A DNA stretch of 64,000 nt, from the NCBI GenBank assembly GCA_965279035.1, contig OZ257142.1, forward strand, positions 2,464,001 to 2,528,000, in the 5' to 3' direction. Below, piece after piece: positions 53,601 through 63,002 of this stretch. The position numbers were made by a program, and so were the translations under genes. The notes under the pieces are model-generated. The model was given only the letters and a program-made list of their open reading frames with translations, was not told the DNA's origin and did no database searches. The DNA is from Bacteroidia bacterium (GTDB taxonomy: Bacteria > Bacteroidota > Bacteroidia > M30B66). Each line of letters begins with the position of its first letter. The stretch's first letter is position 1.

Positions 53601-53921
53601 TGTGGTGATGAGATTTTGACCGATACCTTTCATGTAACTATTTATCAAAACGATCCAGTATATATTCCGAATGCCTTTTCACCCGATGGAGATCCCAACA
53701 ATCAACGGTTTATGGTGTATACCGAAGGTGAGCCACGGTTAGATGCAAGCATTTTTGATCGTTGGGGCGAATTAATGTATCACTGGACTAGTAAAGAAGA
53801 TGGTTGGGACGGAACTTTCTTAGGGAAAGAAGCACAAGAAGGTGTGTATGTGTATCGTATTGTGATCAATACAGCGTGTGAACGCCGAACTCAACAAGGT
53901 AGCATTACTGTTTTCCGATAA
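50649..53921 (+). CDS. Surface adhesin-like protein: PA14-like domain, seven Ig-like repeats, T9SS type B CTD
   Basis: GDDGIRL, seven Q.P..Q..C...YQWQ repeats, YIPNAFSPDGD..N..F...WDG...GVYVY. Confidence 0.9.
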   Translation: MLKRFIVPVCILLMCFPAWGQYISRSEPVPYNCPVVCVSGTLTLKIPQIQNLPAGSQIQALLSNASGSFASGTQVLPVASYSTNTGTSWINGTYTFSSNINDLYIRVIIPIGTTTGSNYTIKIQASTGYVSNDLFQCSGSNTITISPYVAPLPQVNQSDFGNGAWIGHVYTWTPTTSVILNTPALVNAQTFFDPINYQGHVLYTPLALNLLFSSTGGVPGILNNGTSIDCGNSFNTDFSLRLKRQENFSPGYYQFSIQGDDGIRLSIDGGATWILDAFLEQTYSSSFRTTLSNYPNGICLSGPTDLVIEYFQRPADAHLNFTSTLQTAINFTQPTAQSICENGNTSFTLGPPNASLTYQWQVSTDAGTTFSDLVNGGVYSGVNSSTLTLSNVPISMSGNYYQCVITTACQGNIVSGQASLSVSSSPTISTQPTDQSWCAGQNIVFTSGASGSGASYQWQVSTNGGATFSNINNNAVYSGATTSSLTLTNATASYVGYQYQLVINGCSTVITSNAAEILSGGSITINQQPQPMTVCQGDPATMSVSVSGGSSYQWQVDGGSGFNNVNDNNGYSGSQTAILSLIGAATSVNGLVYQCIISSACSGSVLSSSAVLTVNPNTGITQQAQNQSICSGQNATFTITAGGTGLSYQWQISTDGGTTFSNLSNAAPFAGVNTTNLSLTAPADTYTGAIFHCVVSGTCGSAQTSISRTLTITSLPVIQTQPTNQNGCEGSSVTFSGIFSGNPSLTWQMSTDNGISFVNVVDGGIYSGSNTENLTINSITNSLNQTIFQLSANGCGTTVLSSTATLDVLPLPTIQLISAPPPVCPGEDVSITVSSTNAVSLQWQVNTNGTWTNVVDGSTYGGTTTETLIINNIPASLQQALFRCMVIGACLPDVYSEEVLLYLNGIPIISSQPTSQVACSGGTVSFPLVVAGDGISYEWQIKQDDGTYSALTNNELFSGVNTSNLVVAGANEVDGITIRCQLSGCGDEILTDTFHVTIYQNDPVYIPNAFSPDGDPNNQRFMVYTEGEPRLDASIFDRWGELMYHWTSKEDGWDGTFLGKEAQEGVYVYRIVINTACERRTQQGSITVFR

Positions 53922-53986
53922 GAATTTACCCGTGATTGTTGCATGCACCGGATGCATTCGATAGGTTTGGAGGATAATTCCAATCT

Positions 53987-56101
53987 ATGCGATCTACACA
54001 CCTGCTTTCGAGTTTCTTTATCCTTTGTTCAACGGCGCTTTTAAGTCAGAAGCAGCTAACGCTGGATGAGATTTTCACTAAAACCGATTTGAGTCCTAAA
54101 AGCATCAAAGGCCTACAATGGATTCCCGGAACAAATTCCTACACCAGCATTCCAGACGAAAAAACCGATGTTTTATTACGAACATCGGCCGATAAAGGAA
54201 CAAGTGATACTTTACTCAAAGCTTCTACCCTATCTTCTGAATTAAAACGTTTCCCAAGCCTGACTTGGTTAGATGCGAATCGATTTTATTTTCGGGTGAA
54301 GAACCAAATCAACTTTGGGAGTTTGGAAGGAACTTACACACAAACTCATTCGTGGAATGCCGAAGAAGCTGAAAACATAGACATAGAGCCTAAGACCGAA
54401 GCAATCGCATTCACAAAGGGCAATGATTTATTGGTCAGCATCAACGGAAAGACCACCAATATCAGCAACGAAAGCAATAAAGGAATTGTGTATGGACAAT
54501 CGGTTCACCGCAACGAATTTGGTATCACCAAAGGAACATTTTGGAGTCCTAATGGACGTTATTTAGCATTTTACCGGATGGACCAAAGCATGGTAACCGA
54601 CTATCCTTTAGTTAGTTTGGAAACATTACCTGCAGAATCGACTCCGATTAAATATCCCATGGCCGGACAAAAAAGTCATCAGGTTACATTAGGAATTTTC
54701 GATGTTCAAACGGGGAAACACATTTATTTAAAAACCGCAGGACCGGATGAGCACTATTTAACGAATATCAGTTGGTCGCCCGATGAAAAGTATGTGTTGA
54801 TTGCGGAATTAAATCGTGGTCAAAACGAAATGCACTTGAATCAATATCAAGTTACGGATGGTGCATTTGTGAAGACATTATTTACTGAAACAGATCCACA
54901 ATGGGTTGAGCCTGAGCATCCAGCTGTATTTATACCGGGAAAAAATGATCAGTTTATTTGGCAAAGTGAGCGTGATGGATTTGATCATTTGTATTTATTC
55001 GATTTAACCGGAAAATTATTGGCTCAAATCACAAAAGGGAATTATGTAGTGACGGATGTATTAGGATTTGATCCAACTGGAAAGTTTGTGTATGCAATGA
55101 TTGCTGATAATGTTGGTTTAGATCGTAAGCTTATCAAGGCATCGATGAAAGGAGATGTAAGTATTTTAACACCGGAAAGTGGTGTACATGATATTCAAAT
55201 GAACAGCACAGGAAGTTATTTTATTGATAATTTCAGCAATATATCTACTCCTCGCACCCAACGTGTATTAGATGGAAAAGGCAAGAGTATTCGCACATTA
55301 ATGCAATCGGCCGATCCATTTAAAGAGTATGCTTTAAGCAAACCCGAATTGGTACAAGTAAAAGCATCGGATGGTACCATCTTAAATGGTAGATTATTCA
55401 AGCCATTTAATTTTGATGCGAGTAAAAAATATCCAATTGTAGTTTATGTATATGGTGGTCCGCATGCACAAATGGTTAGCAATCGTTGGCTAGCTGGTGG
55501 TAATTTATGGATGAGCTGGATGGCAGCACAAGGCTATGTTATTTTCACACTCGATAATCGTGGTTCAGGTGAACGCGGATTGGAGTTTGAGCAAGCCATT
55601 CACCGCAAATTAGGTGTTGTAGAAATGGAAGATCAACTAGCTGGAGTGAATTATTTGAAAAGCTTGCCTTATGTGGATAGTCAACGAATGGGCGTTCATG
55701 GATGGAGTTTCGGTGGATTTATGACGACTACTTTAATGACCAAAAATCCGGGAATTTTTAAAGCAGGTGTTGCTGGTGGTCCGGTAATCGACTGGAAAAT
55801 GTATGAAATCATGTACACCGAACGTTACATGGATACTCCAGCAGAAAATAGCGATGGATACGAAACCGCTAATTTGATCAACAGTGCCAAAGGATTGAAA
55901 GATCGTTTGATGTTAATTCATGGAACAATCGACAATGTTGTAGTTTGGCAACATAGTCAAGCGATGATTAAAAAGTGTGTGGATGAAGGAGTGTTGATTG
56001 ATTACATGATTTATCCCGGTCACGAACACAATGTTCAAGGAAAAGACCGTTTACATCTATACAAAACCGTTTCGCGGTATTTGATGGACAACTTAAAATA
56101 A
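53987..56101 (+). CDS. Dipeptidyl/prolyl tripeptidyl peptidase, family S9B
   Basis: WSPNG, YGGP, GWSFGG, YTERYM, D.VV, YPGHEH. Confidence 0.93.
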   Translation: MRSTHLLSSFFILCSTALLSQKQLTLDEIFTKTDLSPKSIKGLQWIPGTNSYTSIPDEKTDVLLRTSADKGTSDTLLKASTLSSELKRFPSLTWLDANRFYFRVKNQINFGSLEGTYTQTHSWNAEEAENIDIEPKTEAIAFTKGNDLLVSINGKTTNISNESNKGIVYGQSVHRNEFGITKGTFWSPNGRYLAFYRMDQSMVTDYPLVSLETLPAESTPIKYPMAGQKSHQVTLGIFDVQTGKHIYLKTAGPDEHYLTNISWSPDEKYVLIAELNRGQNEMHLNQYQVTDGAFVKTLFTETDPQWVEPEHPAVFIPGKNDQFIWQSERDGFDHLYLFDLTGKLLAQITKGNYVVTDVLGFDPTGKFVYAMIADNVGLDRKLIKASMKGDVSILTPESGVHDIQMNSTGSYFIDNFSNISTPRTQRVLDGKGKSIRTLMQSADPFKEYALSKPELVQVKASDGTILNGRLFKPFNFDASKKYPIVVYVYGGPHAQMVSNRWLAGGNLWMSWMAAQGYVIFTLDNRGSGERGLEFEQAIHRKLGVVEMEDQLAGVNYLKSLPYVDSQRMGVHGWSFGGFMTTTLMTKNPGIFKAGVAGGPVIDWKMYEIMYTERYMDTPAENSDGYETANLINSAKGLKDRLMLIHGTIDNVVVWQHSQAMIKKCVDEGVLIDYMIYPGHEHNVQGKDRLHLYKTVSRYLMDNLK

Positions 56102-56139
56102 AGCTTCTGAAAAAGTCCTCGACTTCAATCTTCGCCGGA

Positions 56140-56889
56140 ATGTGCATTCTTATTGGGATGTGCTTTCCGGCTTCTTTATCGGCACAAAACCGAGTAATTC
56201 ATGCCGTGGTTTCCTTGTGCGATAATCAATATCAAGGCATAGTAAAAGTTCCTGCTGGAATTGGAAACGGACAAAGTCCTTCGACGAATTTGTATTGGGG
56301 GGCCCGTTTTGGTGTGAAGACAGTTTTTACGCGCAGTAAAGAGTGGACATTGTTAGGAGAATCGACACAGACAAACCCAAAGATTCTACAACGATTGGTA
56401 TTTAAACACAAAACTGCTCCAGTACTATTTATTGCAGATGCTTGGGATGGAAAGTATATTAAGGAATGCACCGAATGGTTTATCGAATCGAATTCGGGAA
56501 AACACCGAGACAGTATTGAGGTAAAAGGAAAGAAATATCCATCGGGCAGTTGGTCCAGTTTGCTTTGTTATATTGGACATGATGGTTTGATGGACTTCGA
56601 TCTCAACCTGAATATAACAGCTGATGGAGCATACCGGGAAAGCATTGTTTTAGCCTGTTACAGCAAACATTACTTCAGTCCGTGGTTGAAGAAATGTGGA
56701 GCGGTTCCTTTGGTTTGGTCGACTGGTTTAATGGCTCCAGAAGCCTACATCTTAGAGGCTGCATTACATGAATGGGTGAGTAAATTCAACGATAAGGAAG
56801 CTATCCGCTCTGCTGCAGCACAGGCGTATTCAACGTATCAAAAATGTTCCTTGTCGGCAGCTAAACGATTATTGGTAAGTGGCTATTAG
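56140..56889 (+). CDS. Secreted hypothetical protein (start may be CTG 56107)
   Basis: Signal peptide, NLYWG, YIGHDG, LACYS. Confidence 0.7.
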   Translation: MCILIGMCFPASLSAQNRVIHAVVSLCDNQYQGIVKVPAGIGNGQSPSTNLYWGARFGVKTVFTRSKEWTLLGESTQTNPKILQRLVFKHKTAPVLFIADAWDGKYIKECTEWFIESNSGKHRDSIEVKGKKYPSGSWSSLLCYIGHDGLMDFDLNLNITADGAYRESIVLACYSKHYFSPWLKKCGAVPLVWSTGLMAPEAYILEAALHEWVSKFNDKEAIRSAAAQAYSTYQKCSLSAAKRLLVSGY

Positions 56890-57345
56890 CTATACTTGTA
56901 TTAGTCGTTTATCCAGAATAAAAGGATGTTGATCTTTAATAACGACTTTCTTGTATTCCTGATGTGAGCAGTTTAGCAGGACTATGTGAGCTGTGCGAAT
57001 GATGCTACTGGGTAATTTTAATGCGAGTGCTTTTGTTTGGATGAAATGCTTGGAAGCGATTTCTGCTAAATGAGTCGGGGCTGGATATTCCGCCCAATTG
57101 GAAGGCAAATCGGAGATTGATATTTCAGCTATTAAATTATCCGGAATTTCTAACATTAACATATCCAAGTTGTTGAGATTGGAATTTGAAGCATGGACAA
57201 GGACTTCGAGCAAGGCAATTTCCGGATTGGCTCCAGTATATAAAACGGCTTGTCCCATTTTATTCCATCTACCCGGAAACAAAGCCGCGCCCGTTCCAAA
57301 AATGTCGTAGGCGTGTTTCGATTGCGTAATACGATATACAAGCAT
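56890..57345 (-). CDS. RES domain toxin
   Basis: VYRI, G.GA....GRWN, LY......ALLE.LVH, LPSSII. Confidence 0.9.
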   Translation of the reverse strand: MLVYRITQSKHAYDIFGTGAALFPGRWNKMGQAVLYTGANPEIALLEVLVHASNSNLNNLDMLMLEIPDNLIAEISISDLPSNWAEYPAPTHLAEIASKHFIQTKALALKLPSSIIRTAHIVLLNCSHQEYKKVVIKDQHPFILDKRLIQV

Positions 57346-57349
57346 TTAG

Positions 57350-57808
57350 CTAACTATAAACGCCATATTCGATACGACCGAGTAAATCTCTTACTTTGGA
57401 AATACCATCTGGAATATTGAGTAAATGTTGTGGTTCCAAACCACCTAAAGCCAAATTGGGTAAAGCTAACCATTTGAAGAAATTCTCTTGACTAGAGAAG
57501 ATTTCAGAGCCATTGATAAACAAAAAAGTAAGCTCTAATAGATGAACACTAAAGTTGCGATCGAGTGTTTTGTTGGTTTTGATCCAACGATAAACAGTAG
57601 GCTCTGACACATTTAGGTATTGAGCAACTGCTTCGCGATGAAGATGAAAGTACTTGCGAAAATTGTCAATGACGGGTGCTTTGATGCCTTTTGTAGCAAT
57701 TGAAATGAAATCGTAAGAACTAGAAAGTTCTCCTTTCAGAAACTCCGACCCTAACACAACTTTTAAGGTAGTGTATTGATTACTGGGCATTCTTTCTTCA
57801 GATATCAT
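57350..57808 (-). CDS. Xre/MbcA/ParS-type antitoxin
   Basis: HTH, then W...PN.ALGG..P..LL...G...V...LGRIEYGVYS. Confidence 0.92.
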   Translation of the reverse strand: MISEERMPSNQYTTLKVVLGSEFLKGELSSSYDFISIATKGIKAPVIDNFRKYFHLHREAVAQYLNVSEPTVYRWIKTNKTLDRNFSVHLLELTFLFINGSEIFSSQENFFKWLALPNLALGGLEPQHLLNIPDGISKVRDLLGRIEYGVYS

Positions 57809-57809
57809 T

Positions 57810-57840
57810 TGATAATATTATTTATCAGATAACAAATCTA
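57810..57840 (-). promoter_or_regulatory. TA operon -7 element and inverted-repeat operator candidate
   Basis: TAGATTTG on minus strand at 57833-57840; TGATAA-N6-TTATCA at 57810-57827. Confidence 0.6.
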
Positions 57841-57869
57841 AGTGGATTAATGTTAGAATCAAAATTAAT

Positions 57870-59585
57870 TTACAAGGCTTCTGTCCTTTGATTAATAGAC
57901 AATAAATAAGCTACACTCATCAATACCAAACAACCAATCACATTAAACCAGAGAAAGCTAATAGTGGTTGTTAGGAATAAAAAAATTACTGTTGCTTGAG
58001 CGATCAAAGCTGACCAGAAAACGGCTTTAGCAGAACAGCTTTTCATCCAGAATGCACAAAGGAATATACCGAGAATAGGACCGTAAAAAATGGAACCAAG
58101 AATATTGACAACTTCAATGAGACTATTCCCGAGATTATAGGCAAAACACGCAACTACAATACAGAAAACTCCCCATCCGAATGTGTACCAGCGCGACAAA
58201 CGGTATTCTTGATCTTTAGTCAGTTGAACGGAACTATGCCGTTTGTGTAAATCGATGATACTGGAAGAGGCCAATGAATTCAATGCTGCAGCTATTGAAC
58301 CCCAAGCGGCGAGGAAAATAATCGCGATAAGCAATCCTACTAAGCCTTTAGGAAGGAAATCAATAACGAATCGCAGGAAGATATAGTTGGTATCGTTGGA
58401 ATCACCTTTAATGCTTGGAGAATCAATCCAGAGTTTCACTTTTTTACGGAGCTTATTACTAGCATCATCCAACCGACGCATTTCAAGAATTTGAGCATCC
58501 CTTTCTACTGATTTATCAGCAACGTTATTAAGTTGAACATACTGCGCAACAGCCTGTTGTTTTTGAAGATTTATTTGGTTGAAATCCTGTTGCAGAGTTT
58601 GAAGTGAATCGGAATAAACAGCTGATTTTTCCAGTTTAGCAAGTTCAACCGAATTGAAAAAAATGGGTGCTTGAAAAAAGCTATAAAAGCAAAACACTAA
58701 AACTCCGATTAAGAGTATTAAAAACTGCATAGGGATTTTCACTAATCCATTCATCAACAGCCCTACCCGACTCTCTTTCAAGGATTTTGCAGTAAGGTAT
58801 CTTCCTACTTGAGATTGGTCGGTTCCGAAATAGGAAAGTGCCAGAAAAAATCCACCGATTAAACCGCTCCAGATATTGTATTTATCACTCCAGTCGAAGC
58901 TTCCATCCTTCATTCCAGTAGTAATTACATTGAGTTTGCCCAATTTTCCACTTACATGAAGCGCATCAACAAATCCAACCGAATCGGGTAGCATATGAAT
59001 GACTAAATATCCCGCTAGGAACATCCCTATAAAAATGATGATAAACTGAAGCTGCTGCGTATAAGCAACGGCTCTAGCACCACCGCTGACCGTATAAATA
59101 ATAAGCATTCCTCCCATCACCACATTGGTGAAATAAATATTCCACCCAAAAAGCGACGATAAAATGATGGATGGCGCAAAAACACTAATTCCTGTTGAAA
59201 GTCCGCGTGATATAAGAAACAGTATTGAAGTTAATGTGCGAGTTCGTAAATCGAATCGGTTTTCGAGGAATTCGTATGCAGTATAAACGTTGAGTTTCTT
59301 AAATACTGGGACAAAGGCGATACAGATTACAATCATCGCCAAGGGCAAACCAAAGTAGTACTGCACAAAGCGCATCCCATCAGTGTATGCTTGTCCAGGC
59401 GCGGATAAGAAAGTGATAGCACTAGCCTGTGTGCCCATGATACTTAGCAAAACCAAGAACCAAGGCATGGATTGATTGCTACGGAAATAACCGTCGAGAT
59501 CTTTCGTCGTTCGACTCCGGTAAAGGCCATACACAATGATGACACTTAAGGTCAGCACCAAGACAATCCAGTCGATGCTGCTCAT
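57870..59585 (-). CDS. Sodium:solute symporter
   Basis: TQASAITF, AYEFLE.RF, YT..GG..AV, GTDQSQV.RYL, AALNSL. Confidence 0.93.
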   Translation of the reverse strand: MSSIDWIVLVLTLSVIIVYGLYRSRTTKDLDGYFRSNQSMPWFLVLLSIMGTQASAITFLSAPGQAYTDGMRFVQYYFGLPLAMIVICIAFVPVFKKLNVYTAYEFLENRFDLRTRTLTSILFLISRGLSTGISVFAPSIILSSLFGWNIYFTNVVMGGMLIIYTVSGGARAVAYTQQLQFIIIFIGMFLAGYLVIHMLPDSVGFVDALHVSGKLGKLNVITTGMKDGSFDWSDKYNIWSGLIGGFFLALSYFGTDQSQVGRYLTAKSLKESRVGLLMNGLVKIPMQFLILLIGVLVFCFYSFFQAPIFFNSVELAKLEKSAVYSDSLQTLQQDFNQINLQKQQAVAQYVQLNNVADKSVERDAQILEMRRLDDASNKLRKKVKLWIDSPSIKGDSNDTNYIFLRFVIDFLPKGLVGLLIAIIFLAAWGSIAAALNSLASSSIIDLHKRHSSVQLTKDQEYRLSRWYTFGWGVFCIVVACFAYNLGNSLIEVVNILGSIFYGPILGIFLCAFWMKSCSAKAVFWSALIAQATVIFLFLTTTISFLWFNVIGCLVLMSVAYLLSINQRTEAL

Positions 59586-59710
59586 GCAAACGCGGCTGTA
59601 AACAAGTAAAACAGCATGATAAAAAGGAGTAAAACACCTATTACGAGTGCATACATTCCTTTCCAAGAGCCCATGATAGGAGCTTTTTCGTTTGGATCAA
59701 TTTCCGTCAT
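59582..59710 (-). CDS. 42-aa single-TM protein, absent from the ORF track
   Basis: MTEIDPNEKAPIMGSWKGMYALVIGVLLLFIMLFYLFTAAFA*. Overlaps the PIG-L stop and has an ATGA overlap with the symporter start. Confidence 0.75.
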   Translation of the reverse strand: MTEIDPNEKAPIMGSWKGMYALVIGVLLLFIMLFYLFTAAFA

Positions 59711-62183
59711 TTTTTCCCCAAGCGATTAAGTTTGCAAACAAGCGATAAGCACCCGGAACACCAGCTGGAAGTTCACGGAAAAACGACAGTCCGGTATAAA
59801 TGAATTTTCCTTTTCCATACTCGGTTACGAGCAAAGCACCTTGTAATGTTTTTTCACCCGGATCGTTACATTCGAGCAATGGTGTGTAATGTGAATCCCA
59901 TTTCTCAGGAAAATACAAGCCACGTTCCTGAATCCATCCGGTAAAATCCTGATCGGTAATTTGATTCGGAGAATTGAAAATTGGATGATTGGTAATCAAA
60001 CGTTTCATAGGAGCATTTTCGTCAGTTACCCGTTCGCGCGAAACTTCAAACGAATAAGGTCCTGGCTGCACGCTCACATCGCTTATCCAATTTTTGGTGT
60101 TGTATTGTTCGATTAAAGTTCCGCCTTGTTGCACGTATGCTAATAAAATCGGCATGAGGCTCGACATATTTTCATTCGTATTAAATGCCCGAATTCCAAT
60201 AATTACAGCATCGGCATTTTTTAATTTTTCAACTGTTACATCTCCTGAAGCAATTGTATTTACTGTGTAACCAGCTTGTTTCAAGCAATCACCTACTTTA
60301 TCGTCGGCACCGGGAATGTAAACGATATTTTCACCTTTACGATTTAAGTCCACGAATACGGCTTTAAATGCAGCTGGCTTTACCCAAGTTTGAATTGGAA
60401 TGTGATCGTAATCAATACGACTAATATGCATCAGCTCCTTTTTATTTGAACCTTCCACCATCAACACACCAATAGTAAAAACGGCATCTTGCTTTGTTTC
60501 CCGACTTGGATTAGCAAAAAGATCGAAACGAATAACTTGTTTAAGAGGAGCACCATTTCCCAATTGAACTGATATTTTGGAAGGAGTAGAACGAAAATAA
60601 GCAGGCAAATCGAGTGCTACATCAATGTTTGCTGAGATAGCTGATGTTTCAATGGTAATTTCAACCGTACGATGGTCGCTTTGATTGAGGATAAAAACAT
60701 CTTCATTTACAGTTGCAGAAATTGCAGGCAAAACTTCTACTCTTCTAGTCAATTCGCCTTTTACAGGATCAACCCACAAGTAGTTTAATGGAAAGCGTTT
60801 GAGAAAATGGATGTCTCCAATTTGCCATTCTGTTTCTAATTGAATGGGGGCATCAGATTCAGGCTTACCAATTTGTCCTAATTCATTCACAGTAAATAAA
60901 CCTTCTGCATGAGGTGAACTAAGCCAATACGGATTAGATGTGGCTAATTGAGCAGGAAGCTTAAGCGTATCGTTTCGGGTATAGATTTCATTAGTAGTCA
61001 AAACTTTATTGCATTCAACTAAGGGTGAATTGGGTAAAATGGCACGTGTTGAAAGCAGTTTTAATTCTTGATTTGAGCGATTGATGCAAGAAAAACTCAC
61101 CGGTACAGCTTCACCCGGATTGACAGCAAATTTATTCGCCTTGAATTCACCATAAAATCCGGCGCATTGAAGAACGATATCTTGCAATAGCTGCTCGTGA
61201 TGATCGGAATATTCAAGAGGTGTTAGTTTCTGAAATGCTTGATAAAGTCGCGTTAAAGCTGGAATACTTAAAGCAGGATTTTGAATGTTGAAGTGTTGAA
61301 TGATGGTGGCAATGGAATCAGAAATGGCTTTGTTTTTCCAACCTGGCTTCAGGTTTTCAAATGGTTCTGATTGTGCTTTTTCGCCTGCTAAATAATCGAA
61401 ATATTCCAAAATTTCACCACGCTGAAGCGCTACACCAAATCCCTGACTTTTATGCTGACTGCGGCTTTTAGCAGAAATCTCACCCACCGATTCACCCAAT
61501 AATGGTAAAAAAGAACCGATGTCGAGTTTGAGTGCAGATGAAACATCGGCTTTGGGATCGCGCCATTTTCTGAAGTTGTTCCAATACAACGATTTCGTTT
61601 TCCAAGTTCCATAAAGCTTTACGGTTTCAGGAAATCGTTTTTCATCAGCAGCTGCTTCAAATGCTTCTGTAGCCAAGATTGCTGAAGCTGTATGATGACC
61701 ATGTCCTCCTTCTCCAGTGGTTGGGAAACGAGCAATGATCACATCTGGCTTGAATTTCCGAATGACCAAAACCACATCACTCAAAATTTTTTCTTTATCC
61801 CAAATACGAAATGTTTCTTCTGGATTTTTCGAAAATCCAAAGTCAAAAGCGCGAGTAAAAAACTGCTCTGCACCATCCGTATTTCGAGCAGCAATTAACT
61901 CTTGCGTTCGAATCAAACCCAATTCTTCGGATTGTTCGTTTCCTATCAGGTTTTGTCCTCCATCACCACGTGTTAGAGAAAGATAAGCCGTTCGGTAATG
62001 ACGATCATTCGACAACCAAGAAAGCAAACGTGTATTTTCATCATCCGGATGAGCAGCGATATACAGAACTCTGCCTTGTGAATTCAGATGTTGTAATTGA
62101 GAGATTATCTCACCTGGAGCAGATTGCGATTGCAGCGTTCCAAATAAAAGAGAGAATAAATTGAGTAATAAAAAGTGCTTCAT
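59697..62183 (-). CDS. Secreted PIG-L/LmbE family deacetylase with C-terminal GATase-like domain
   Basis: Signal peptide, AAHPDDE, TRGDGGQN, DFGFSK, HGHH, SRSQHKSQGFG, WIQERGLYF. Confidence 0.9.
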   Translation of the reverse strand: MKHFLLLNLFSLLFGTLQSQSAPGEIISQLQHLNSQGRVLYIAAHPDDENTRLLSWLSNDRHYRTAYLSLTRGDGGQNLIGNEQSEELGLIRTQELIAARNTDGAEQFFTRAFDFGFSKNPEETFRIWDKEKILSDVVLVIRKFKPDVIIARFPTTGEGGHGHHTASAILATEAFEAAADEKRFPETVKLYGTWKTKSLYWNNFRKWRDPKADVSSALKLDIGSFLPLLGESVGEISAKSRSQHKSQGFGVALQRGEILEYFDYLAGEKAQSEPFENLKPGWKNKAISDSIATIIQHFNIQNPALSIPALTRLYQAFQKLTPLEYSDHHEQLLQDIVLQCAGFYGEFKANKFAVNPGEAVPVSFSCINRSNQELKLLSTRAILPNSPLVECNKVLTTNEIYTRNDTLKLPAQLATSNPYWLSSPHAEGLFTVNELGQIGKPESDAPIQLETEWQIGDIHFLKRFPLNYLWVDPVKGELTRRVEVLPAISATVNEDVFILNQSDHRTVEITIETSAISANIDVALDLPAYFRSTPSKISVQLGNGAPLKQVIRFDLFANPSRETKQDAVFTIGVLMVEGSNKKELMHISRIDYDHIPIQTWVKPAAFKAVFVDLNRKGENIVYIPGADDKVGDCLKQAGYTVNTIASGDVTVEKLKNADAVIIGIRAFNTNENMSSLMPILLAYVQQGGTLIEQYNTKNWISDVSVQPGPYSFEVSRERVTDENAPMKRLITNHPIFNSPNQITDQDFTGWIQERGLYFPEKWDSHYTPLLECNDPGEKTLQGALLVTEYGKGKFIYTGLSFFRELPAGVPGAYRLFANLIAWGKNDGN

Positions 62184-62216
62184 GAATTGGGTTGGGTTTT
62201 CCTAATCAGTGACATT

Positions 62217-62882
62217 TCAGGATTCAAACAGAGTAATTAAAAAATCGTTTAATGATTTGATTGATCCATCTAAATCCCAGCCTTCGCGATTTCGTGGTTC
62301 GACTGGATTTGAAATGGAACGCAATTGAATGACAGGAATTTGTTCTAGTATTCCAACATACATTATTGCAGCACCTTCCATGCTTTCTATTTGAGCTTCT
62401 GGATTTAATCGTTTCATTTTAAGAATCGATTGCTCTTCTCCATGAACTGTTTGAACGGTAATTCCTTTTACGGTTGGAAGTAGATTGATTTTATCTATCA
62501 GCTTTGAGAAAGTATTTGGAAACGGAATAGATTCAAGTGTATCAAAGCGTTTGTCTTGCAACCCAATGTCCGACGCTGAGATATAAAATTCACCATGTTC
62601 TGCCCCAAATCCATAAAAATGATCACTTACTACATTGACGAGTGTTGTTCGTTTAATTTCAGAATCAATTGAACCGGCAATTCCAACGTTCAACAATAAA
62701 TCTGGATGATAATCGGAAAGCGATTTAGTCAAATGATAGGTAGTTGCAACCATTCCGGCACCTGTGATTACTAATTTCAATTGAATATCACCTAGATTTC
62801 GAAACTCTCCAGAACGTAAATTCAAGGTATTTATAAATGGTAAAATCTCTGCTTGAGTAGCTACAATAAGCAAAATCTTCAT
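62217..62882 (-). CDS. mqnB: Futalosine hydrolase
   Basis: IVAT..E, TGAGMVAT, GIAGS, GITVQTVHG, ESMEGAA, RSISN.VE.RNR..W. Confidence 0.85.
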   Translation of the reverse strand: MKILLIVATQAEILPFINTLNLRSGEFRNLGDIQLKLVITGAGMVATTYHLTKSLSDYHPDLLLNVGIAGSIDSEIKRTTLVNVVSDHFYGFGAEHGEFYISASDIGLQDKRFDTLESIPFPNTFSKLIDKINLLPTVKGITVQTVHGEEQSILKMKRLNPEAQIESMEGAAIMYVGILEQIPVIQLRSISNPVEPRNREGWDLDGSIKSLNDFLITLFES

Positions 62883-63002
62883 GTTTCAAATATACAAGGA
62901 CAATACTTCTTGCACTTTATTTTTAAATGAATTTCTCCACAGAACCGCTTTACAGAATGTTAATCGGAACAGATTGCTATTTTTGTCCCACAAACCTACC
63001 CG

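Noticed and set aside
53941-53960. Small ATGCA-CCGGA-TGCAT hairpin
   Set aside because: 5-bp stem with no U-tract; plausibly chance.
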